This document shows, in pieces, positions 57,175 through 64,000 of a DNA stretch of 64,000 nt. Source of the stretch: Candidatus Pacebacteria bacterium UBA6180 (GTDB lineage Bacteria > Patescibacteriota > Microgenomatia > UBA1400 > PJMF01); assembly GCA_002422165.1 (NCBI GenBank), contig DITQ01000008.1, forward strand, positions 35,136 to 99,135, written 5' to 3'. The notes under the pieces were generated by a model that made no database searches, was not told the DNA's origin, and saw only the letters and a program-made list of their open reading frames with translations. Numbering within the stretch: the stretch's first letter is position 1; the number at the start of each line of letters is the position of its first letter. The position numbers and the translations under genes are program-made.

Positions 57175-57798
57175 TTATTGGAAAAGTCTGGGTCGGCCCA
57201 GTTTGTAATTGAGGTTTTTAGTTGCTCTCTCACCAATTTCTTTAGCTGGAACGCCAGCGACAATTTTCATGGGTGCGACATCTTTGGTGACCACTGAGCC
57301 AGCGGCGACGATGGCGCCTTTACCAATGCTGACTCCTGGTAAAATGATTGAACGCGGACCGATGAAAACATAATCGCCGACGGTGACTTTTTCTTCGATG
57401 GTGGCCATGTTGTCGGAGTGGATATCGTGCTGACTGGTCCAAAGCATTACTTCGGAGGCGATGTCGACATGACTTCCAATTAGCAGGCCGCCGCGAGAAT
57501 TTTTGAGTTGGCGGCGGCCATCAAGAGTGGCTTTTTCACCAATTAGTGTACCCTCCCCGATTTCGATACCTCTAGGATAGTAGACACGTCCGCCCATATG
57601 GATGGTGGACTTGCGGCCAATTTTTATGCCTGCCAGTTTGTAGCAAAAGCGGCGAAAAGTGTGAGATGGCACATAGCCGACAACCCACCAAAGCAAGCCG
57701 GTTACGAACTCGAGGTGAACTGTGCGGCAGCGGTTGATGATTTTTTCGATAACTTCTGCAGGAGTAAGGGCTCGACCGTCTTTGTCTGTAATTAGCAT
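57175..57798 (-). CDS. Hexapeptide-repeat (LbH) acyltransferase
   Basis: IG.GT.IG and VFIG....ILPGV.IG.GAIVAAGSVVTKDV. Start placed at MLITD. Confidence 0.9.
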   Translation of the reverse strand: MLITDKDGRALTPAEVIEKIINRCRTVHLEFVTGLLWWVVGYVPSHTFRRFCYKLAGIKIGRKSTIHMGGRVYYPRGIEIGEGTLIGEKATLDGRRQLKNSRGGLLIGSHVDIASEVMLWTSQHDIHSDNMATIEEKVTVGDYVFIGPRSIILPGVSIGKGAIVAAGSVVTKDVAPMKIVAGVPAKEIGERATKNLNYKLGRPRLFQ

Positions 57799-57816
57799 GA
57801 AATTAGTATACAACAG

Positions 57817-58836
57817 CTAGGCTTTTTCTGGAAATTTGACTCCAAAGTGCTTATAAGCCTGCTCACTCAGCACTCTCCCAGTCGAGGTTCGTTTGATGAA
57901 GCCGATTTGAATCAGGAAGGGTTCCAAGACCTCTTCGATGGTCCCTGGGTCTTCGTTGATTGAGGCTGAGAGAGTTTTGAGGCCGACGGGGCCACCTTGG
58001 TGTTTGTCGATCATTGCCATAATTAGACGGCGGTCGTTTTCGTCTAGTCCTACACGGTCGATCTCGAAGATGCTCAGGGCTTGCTGGACCAGATCGAGAG
58101 TGATGCTTTTTTTCTCTAGTACTTGAGCAAAATCGCGCACTCGCTTGAAAAGCTTGAGGGCGATGCGCGGAGTGCCGCGGGAACGCTCAGCGATGGCCAG
58201 AGCTGCTGTTTTTTCCAGAGTAGCGCCTAGTTTGACACTAGCGAACTGCAGGATGTCTGTCAGATCTGTGGGCTGGTAAAATTCGACGCGGTGAATCAAG
58301 CCAAAACGGTCACGAAAGGGCCCAGTTAGAAGGCCAAAACGAGTAGTGGCGCCCACTAGAGTAAATTTAGCTAAGTCCAGGCGAACGGTGCGAGCCGAAG
58401 GACCTTTGCCGATGACGATGTCCAAAGCAAAATCTTCCATGGCTGGATAGAGGGTTTCCTCGACGGCTTTGGGAAGGCGGTGAATTTCGTCGATGAAGAG
58501 TACGTCGCCATCTTCCAAATTGGTCAGAATGGCGGCCAAATCACCAGCTTTGGAAAGTGCGGTCCCGGAGGTGACTTTGAAATTGCTACCCATTTCTTTG
58601 GCGATTAGCTGAGAAAGGGTGGTTTTGCCAAGGCCGGGTGGGCCGTAGAAAAGCACATGGTCGACCGCCTCGTGACGTTGACGAGCGGCTTTAATGGCAA
58701 TCTGCAGAGATTTCTTGATGTTGGCTTGGCCAGTGAACTCTTGCCAGCTTTGAGCGCGAAGTGAAGTGAAAAGCATTTCTTCGTCGGTGCTGGAGAGGTT
58801 GGGCGCGGTGATTATTTTGGGTTTGGCTTGTGGCAT
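57817..58836 (-). CDS. ruvB: Holliday junction helicase RuvB
   Basis: GPPGLGKTT, FIDEIHRL, GATTR and SRGTPR. Confidence 0.98.
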   Translation of the reverse strand: MPQAKPKIITAPNLSSTDEEMLFTSLRAQSWQEFTGQANIKKSLQIAIKAARQRHEAVDHVLFYGPPGLGKTTLSQLIAKEMGSNFKVTSGTALSKAGDLAAILTNLEDGDVLFIDEIHRLPKAVEETLYPAMEDFALDIVIGKGPSARTVRLDLAKFTLVGATTRFGLLTGPFRDRFGLIHRVEFYQPTDLTDILQFASVKLGATLEKTAALAIAERSRGTPRIALKLFKRVRDFAQVLEKKSITLDLVQQALSIFEIDRVGLDENDRRLIMAMIDKHQGGPVGLKTLSASINEDPGTIEEVLEPFLIQIGFIKRTSTGRVLSEQAYKHFGVKFPEKA

Positions 58837-59409
58837 TTATTTAGTAGAGTGCATTTTGATAACGGTTTTAATCGCTACCTGTAAATCCATATTTTCCAGA
58901 TCTAGCGTGGCTAGCGTAGTTTGGACGGTGTTTTCCTCGAAACCGAGACTGAGTAGGGCATCCATGACATCCTGAGCCTTTGGCGTCAGGGTGCTTAAGT
59001 TGAGTTCCTTGAGGCTGCCGAGCTTACTCTTGAGTTCGATGATGATTTTTTGAGCCAGTTTCTTGCCGACGCGCGGCACACTAGTAAAAAAACTAGTTTG
59101 GGCTTGCTGGACAGCATCAATTAATTTATCAGTGCCAGCGTCTGCCAGAGCGACGGCGGTCTTGGGTCCAACGCCAGAGATGGCGATTAGCAGCTTAAAA
59201 ATAGCCAAGTCCTCTTCCCGCTCGAAGCCGTAGAGCTCGAAGCGATCTTCCTTGATATGGCTGTAGATATAGAGGGCGATTTCTTGGCCATCGCCAGTTA
59301 AAGAGCTGAGAAGCTTGTGGCCCACAGTCACTAAATAGCCGACCCCGGCGGTGAGGACGATGAGGTGATCTTTTTTGACCAGAGCTTGACCTTGGAGATA
59401 AGCGATCAT
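58837..59409 (-). CDS. ruvA: Holliday junction binding protein RuvA
   Basis: MIAYL.G, GVGY, LYGF, SGVGPK.A and ALLSLGF. Confidence 0.96.
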   Translation of the reverse strand: MIAYLQGQALVKKDHLIVLTAGVGYLVTVGHKLLSSLTGDGQEIALYIYSHIKEDRFELYGFEREEDLAIFKLLIAISGVGPKTAVALADAGTDKLIDAVQQAQTSFFTSVPRVGKKLAQKIIIELKSKLGSLKELNLSTLTPKAQDVMDALLSLGFEENTVQTTLATLDLENMDLQVAIKTVIKMHSTK

Positions 59410-59413
59410 AATT

Positions 59414-59905
59414 TTAGTTTTTTTCTATTTTTCTGGAAGCCTGGTGACAAATCATCGTGGCCAAAGCATCGATGGTATCGTCCATAATTTTACCCTCCAG
59501 AGCTAATTCAAGGCGCACCATCTTTTCTACCGCTTTTTTGTCGGCCCGTCCATAGCCAGTTAGACTCTGTTTGATCTGCAAAGGAGTATATTCAGAGATT
59601 TTGACGCCATGGCGGAGCAAAGTGGCGATGATCACGCCACGTGCTTCGCTGACGGGCAAAGCGGTGCTTTGGTTTTTGAACCAAAAAAGTGATTCGATAC
59701 CTGCCTCGCTTATTTGATATTTGAGAATTAAAGCTTCGAGCTCAGTGGCAATTTGCAGATAGCGAGTGAAAAGAGAGGCTTTTTTGTCAGTTTGGATGCA
59801 CTGATAAGCAAGGAGTTGCCAGGCTGAGGCATTTTTTTGACCAATGGCCAGTCCGACCCGGTCATAGCCGGGGTCGATGCCGATGATGATGGGGTTAGCT
59901 GACAT
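59414..59905 (-). CDS. ruvC: Holliday junction resolvase RuvC
   Basis: IGIDPG, E..F, EYTP.QIK..TGYG.ADK and DD..DALA. Start placed at MSANP. Confidence 0.95.
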   Translation of the reverse strand: MSANPIIIGIDPGYDRVGLAIGQKNASAWQLLAYQCIQTDKKASLFTRYLQIATELEALILKYQISEAGIESLFWFKNQSTALPVSEARGVIIATLLRHGVKISEYTPLQIKQSLTGYGRADKKAVEKMVRLELALEGKIMDDTIDALATMICHQASRKIEKN

Positions 59906-61070
59906 TTTTACTCTTTTCTTCGAGGACTTTGAAAATAATTTTCGCTGCTTCACGCCAAGAAAATTTCCTGATTTGGCGCTGCATGGCAGTTTTGGCTTTG
60001 AGCTGTTCTTTGTGAGTCATTTGGTAAGCCTTGAGCATGGCATCGCTGATGGCCTGTGGATTGTTGTCTTTGACTAGTAGACCGGCTTGGCCGACAACTT
60101 CTGGCAAACTTGAGTTATTGGCAACGATGGGGATAGTGCCAGCCTGCATCGATTCGAGGGCAGGGATACCGAAGCCTTCATAGCGAGAAACTAGCAAGCT
60201 AGCGATCGCATTCTGGTAGAGGGCACGCTTGAAGCGATCGTCGACGAAGCCAGTTAGGATAATTTTTTTGCTAAAAGGTGAGTTTTTGATGCGAGCTAAA
60301 ATATCGTCGGCTAACCAGCCAACTTTGCCAGCGATGAGCAGATCTGGCTCTTTGGGTTGGCGCTTATTTGCTTTTTTGGTGCGCAAATTAGCCGCGGCGA
60401 GTTTACGTAAAAAAACCTCATAAGCGTCGATGATGCCGGTAATGTTTTTGCGCGGCTGAATGGTGCCCAGGTAGAGAAAATATTTGTTGTGGATGCTGTG
60501 ATTTTTGAAGAATTGCCGTGTTTGCTCGATGGGTGCGCTGGTTGTAAATTGAAAAGAGGGATAAGCGACGATCACATCTTTGTCTTCTCGCCCATAATGC
60601 TTGAGGATTTCTTGCTTGGAGAATTTTGAGATGGTGATGATTTTTTGAGCGTTTTTGACACTGTACTTGGTCCAATTTTTGAGTTGCAGTAGGTCGTGGC
60701 GGCGAAATTGCTTGGGATAGTGCAGGTAAGCCAGATCCATGACGCTGCTGACATATGGGACGCTAGAAATTCTCGGAGCATAGTGAGAAGGGGTGAAAAA
60801 GATCTGGTAGTCATTCTGGTGTAGGAACAGATGAATTGGCAATGCCCACTGCGTCCAAAGCTTCTGCGGACCGACGATCATGTAGCGCCAATTAGGGCGA
60901 GCGGTGGGCAGATCGGCTAGTTTTTTACTAGAGAGTAGGACGGTCACGTCCAGGTTTTTGCGAGTGGCGGTCAATTTGTAGAGCTCAGTCAAAATGGCAA
61001 AAGCGTAGGTGTTGCTGCCGACGCGGTTTTTGACATTGGCTTCGTTGCCATCGATGGCTATTTTGATCAT
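59895..61070 (-). CDS. Glycosyltransferase family 4
   Basis: IAIDG.EAN, GTIQPRKN and YEGFGIPALE. Confidence 0.92.
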   Translation of the reverse strand: MIKIAIDGNEANVKNRVGSNTYAFAILTELYKLTATRKNLDVTVLLSSKKLADLPTARPNWRYMIVGPQKLWTQWALPIHLFLHQNDYQIFFTPSHYAPRISSVPYVSSVMDLAYLHYPKQFRRHDLLQLKNWTKYSVKNAQKIITISKFSKQEILKHYGREDKDVIVAYPSFQFTTSAPIEQTRQFFKNHSIHNKYFLYLGTIQPRKNITGIIDAYEVFLRKLAAANLRTKKANKRQPKEPDLLIAGKVGWLADDILARIKNSPFSKKIILTGFVDDRFKRALYQNAIASLLVSRYEGFGIPALESMQAGTIPIVANNSSLPEVVGQAGLLVKDNNPQAISDAMLKAYQMTHKEQLKAKTAMQRQIRKFSWREAAKIIFKVLEEKSKNVS

Positions 61071-61072
61071 AG

Positions 61073-62218
61073 TTAGGCCCCAAAGTCCTCAATAGCTCGT
61101 CTGTAAACATCTAAGGTTTGACGGGCGGTTTTTTGCCAGTTGAAAAGTTGTAAGCGAATAATCATTTTTTGTAGGCGCGCGTCGCCGTCGGCTTTTTTTT
61201 CGGTGAGGACTTTTTCGATGCCTTGGCGGATGGTTGTTTCGTCCTCTGGGTTGACGAGCTCTGCAGCGTTGCCAGCCACTTCGCGAATGGCAGGGATGTC
61301 GGCTGCGACCACGGGCACGCCGTGAGCGAAAGCTTCCAAAATCGGCAAACCAAAACCCTCGTACAAACTGGGGTAAACAAAGAGTTCAGAGTGGTGATAA
61401 AGCACAGCCAATTCCAGATCGCTGACCCGACCCATGAAGCGCAAATTAGGGTCAGAGCTTATTTTGGCGCTAGCGTCCCAAGATTCCTCACCAGCGATGA
61501 TCAGCTGGTAGTCTTTGGCCAAAGGCAACCAGGCCCGAATCAGGCGTTCGAGGTTTTTGCGCGGCTCGCGGGTGCCGACGAAGAAGAGGTAGGGACGATC
61601 GAGCTTGAGGCGTTGTCTGATGCTTTGCACAAGCTCGCCGCGATTACCCAACTCGCGACTAATTTCAGCCACTCTGGTGGGCAAGGCTTCGTGGACGACA
61701 GTGACATGCTTCTCAGGAATTTCTAAGTAGCGTAAAATGTCTCTTTTGGTGGCCTCAGAAACAGCGATGATTTGAGCTTTGCGTTCACGCAAGGATTTCC
61801 AGGAAGCCTGGTGTCTCTTCAGCACCAGAGGGTGAGCAACTTGTGGGTAGCGAATGATGGCTAGGTCGTGAATGGTCGAAACCAGAGGTAAATTGCGATC
61901 GGGCGGTTGTAGCCAGTCCCAACTGTGAAAAACCTCGATGCCGGGCAGTTGTTGGCGAATTGGGTTGAGACCGAGGCGCCAAAGTGCAGCTAACAGGCTT
62001 GGCGGCCAAGACTGCAATTTAAGTTGGTAGCGATCAGAGACGACATTGCGCAGAGTATGGCGCAGTTCTTGGCGCAATAATTTTTGCTGGCGCAGCGAAC
62101 TGCCGTAGAGGTAGAGCTGCGTATCTTTTTCCATCGCCAAGGCCCTGACGAGATCACTAGTGTAGCGAGAGACGCCGCGCTGGTACACTAAGCTTGAAAC
62201 ATCAATCCCAATTTTCAT
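61073..62218 (-). CDS. Glycosyltransferase family 4
   Basis: GVSRY, TIHDL, GTREPRKN and YEGFGLPILEA. Confidence 0.92.
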   Translation of the reverse strand: MKIGIDVSSLVYQRGVSRYTSDLVRALAMEKDTQLYLYGSSLRQQKLLRQELRHTLRNVVSDRYQLKLQSWPPSLLAALWRLGLNPIRQQLPGIEVFHSWDWLQPPDRNLPLVSTIHDLAIIRYPQVAHPLVLKRHQASWKSLRERKAQIIAVSEATKRDILRYLEIPEKHVTVVHEALPTRVAEISRELGNRGELVQSIRQRLKLDRPYLFFVGTREPRKNLERLIRAWLPLAKDYQLIIAGEESWDASAKISSDPNLRFMGRVSDLELAVLYHHSELFVYPSLYEGFGLPILEAFAHGVPVVAADIPAIREVAGNAAELVNPEDETTIRQGIEKVLTEKKADGDARLQKMIIRLQLFNWQKTARQTLDVYRRAIEDFGA

Positions 62219-63672
62219 AAGTTGCTTAAAGCCAAGTTTTCTTGACTGTAAATTCTGACAAAGCCAATCAAAGGATAGTCTAGCATGCCAGTCTGGCGGA
62301 AGCCTAGATCTAGGATGACTTGGACAAGAATGTCGTCTGGATCAGTTAGGTCGCGCAGATAGTCAAAGAGTAAGACGTAGCGATATTCGCTCAATTCTTT
62401 GAACTGCTCTGCTGGATTCTCCAAGTCATTGGCATAAAAAACGCCGCTACTTATGGTCTTAAAACCTGCCTGATCATAATGGCGCCAAGGCGCAAAAGGC
62501 TGGTCGAAGCCAAAAACTAGCACCGTCGAGTCAACCGGGAACTTGGCAGCGATTTCTTGGCTCAAGCCGCGCCAGTCCTCTCGCTGCAGAGTTGGCTGAG
62601 TCCAGTAGGCGTAGGTAGAGAATAAATTAATAATCAGGGCAGCACTGAGTAGAACTTTGGCCAAATGTGGCTTGGTTTTCTGGTAACTGATGATCAGGAA
62701 GGCCTCAAGCAAGAAAAAGAGAGGCAAAGCGAAGAGAGCTCTTTTCGCTTGCAGGACGGGGATGAAAAAGGAAAACAACCAGCTGCTGAGCAAAGGAACA
62801 AGCAAGAGATAAAGGAAAAAATGGGCTTGTGTTCGGTGCTGGCGCCAGGCTAGGTAGCTGAAATAGATAAGCGGGAGCAAGACCGCAGCGCTTAGAAATA
62901 GATAGCCGGCATTGAGCTCGAGGTCGGCGACGCCGAAGATGAATTTAAGGGGTAAGAGCAAGGCGGTTTTGAACTGCGGCAGGGAGACGACCTCTTCCCA
63001 GCCAGGCATGCTTTGGCGCAGGGCTTGGCCGGTTTGTAGCTGATCGATGAATTTGGGCAGCCAAGGCAAGAAGCCAAGAGTGGTCGCTCCAGCTAAAGCG
63101 GCGACCTTAGCGAGAGGTAGTTTGCGAGCCAGCAAATAAGCCAACTGGCCAAGTAGCAAAAAAGGATACAAGTATGAAGAATACAGACCCAAAATGGAAA
63201 AAATCGTGAACAGGGGCGCTGCCAAGCGGCGTCGCGCTAGCAACTCCATCATCTGCCAGGTCGCCAGCAAACCCCACATCGCTGGTAGGCTGTAAGGGCG
63301 CAATTCTTGAGAATAAAAAATGTGCAGTGAAGATGTGGCGAGCAGCAGGCTGGCTAGCAAAGCGGTTTTTTGGCTGAATTTGAGACTTAAGCTGAGGCGG
63401 TAAGTCGCCCAAATGGTGATTAATCCAGGCAGCAAGCTAGGTAAGAAGCGCACCCACCATTCGCTCGTGCCTAGTCCAAGTAACTCACCAAGGCGGATGC
63501 CTAGGAAAGTAATTAAATGCATTAGTGGTGGTTGAAAATCCTCACGAATATCAAATTGTTGGGCTAGTGGTCGAACGCTTTCGATAAATTGGGCGGCCTC
63601 ATCAAGCCAAAACGAAGCATTAAGCAAAGGCAAGCGCAAGGCAAGGGCTAAGATCAATATCAAATAAATCAT
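62215..63672 (-). CDS. GT-C fold (PMT-like, GT39/83) membrane glycosyltransferase
   Basis: LALR...SFWLDEA, D.QPPL and YSQELRPYS; multi-TM. Confidence 0.85.
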   Translation of the reverse strand: MIYLILILALALRLPLLNASFWLDEAAQFIESVRPLAQQFDIREDFQPPLMHLITFLGIRLGELLGLGTSEWWVRFLPSLLPGLITIWATYRLSLSLKFSQKTALLASLLLATSSLHIFYSQELRPYSLPAMWGLLATWQMMELLARRRLAAPLFTIFSILGLYSSYLYPFLLLGQLAYLLARKLPLAKVAALAGATTLGFLPWLPKFIDQLQTGQALRQSMPGWEEVVSLPQFKTALLLPLKFIFGVADLELNAGYLFLSAAVLLPLIYFSYLAWRQHRTQAHFFLYLLLVPLLSSWLFSFFIPVLQAKRALFALPLFFLLEAFLIISYQKTKPHLAKVLLSAALIINLFSTYAYWTQPTLQREDWRGLSQEIAAKFPVDSTVLVFGFDQPFAPWRHYDQAGFKTISSGVFYANDLENPAEQFKELSEYRYVLLFDYLRDLTDPDDILVQVILDLGFRQTGMLDYPLIGFVRIYSQENLALSNL

Positions 63673-63674
63673 GG

Positions 63675-64000
63675 TTATTCTAGGTTTCTACTCTCCTCTG
63701 TCTGAAAATAGGCAATGGTCTGCTCGAGGCCATCACGAAAAGAAATTTCTGGCTGGAAGTTGAGTAGTTCGCTGGCTTTACTGATGTCAGGTTTGCGGCG
63801 AGTTGGGTCGTCCTTGGGCAAGGTAGCAAAAACAATGTCGTCTTTAGTCACGCTAGCGTTAATAATTTTCTGGGTCAAAGCCGCGGTTTCTAGGACAGTG
63901 AATTCTTCAGGGTTGCCCAGGTTAACTGTCTCTCCTCCTAAGTTTTCACCGCTAGCCATCAGCAGAATACCGCGCACCAGATCGTTAACGTAGCAGTAAG
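63675..64000 (-). CDS. UDP-glucuronic acid decarboxylase-like NAD-dependent epimerase (3' part only)
   Basis: CYVNDLV.G, VNLGNP.E.T and LP.DDP.RR.PDI.KA. Confidence 0.88.
   Translation of the reverse strand, partial: YCYVNDLVRGILLMASGENLGGETVNLGNPEEFTVLETAALTQKIINASVTKDDIVFATLPKDDPTRRKPDISKASELLNFQPEISFRDGLEQTIAYFQTEESRNLE

Noticed and set aside
164-63993. Numerous 60-200 aa ORFs overlapping or antisense to recognised genes (e.g. 3536-4012, 29726-30334, 35169-35654, 61223-61726)
   Set aside because: Shadow frames of well-supported genes, with no motifs or expression signals.
1-64000. CRISPR array, transposase/integrase, prophage, rRNA, intein or group I/II intron
   Set aside because: No regularly spaced repeats or such genes were seen; dnaE, ruvB and ileS have normal lengths.
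1-64000. Alternative genetic code (TGA read-through, as in some CPR lineages)
   Set aside because: Long conserved genes translate fully in code 11, and TGA terminates genes such as ftsA and murG.

Overview
Bacterial chromosome segment in genetic code 11. The gene content and style point to a Patescibacteria/CPR (Microgenomates-like) genome; this is an inference from the split transketolase, alpha2 GlyRS, IleRS type 2, DUF4012, many GT4/GT-C genes and very short intergenic spaces. It is mostly housekeeping: dnaE, gatCAB, lemA-htpX, three tRNAs (Asp-GTC, Gly-CCC, Thr-CGT), a dcw cluster split into two oppositely oriented halves with no Mur ligases, ileS-csaA-rodA, rplU-MTase-rpmA, parB, glyQS, recO, and a ~20 kb surface-glycosylation cluster with ruvCAB embedded. 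The most interesting signals are non-coding or hidden in coding DNA. (1) Two diverged copies (12876-13031 +, 18665-18832 -) of a ~160-nt three-way-junction element show compensatory base changes. (2) An ileS T-box combines an actinobacterial-type ultrashort stem I with a transcription terminator. (3) A perfect 37-bp nested palindrome lies inside a Bro-N gene. (4) An unannotated promoter-leader-30-aa-ORF-terminator unit follows tRNA-Asp. (5) Four parS-like sites carry T instead of G, matching an Arg-to-Pro change in the ParB recognition helix. All alignments and folds were done by eye; no searches or folding programs were run.
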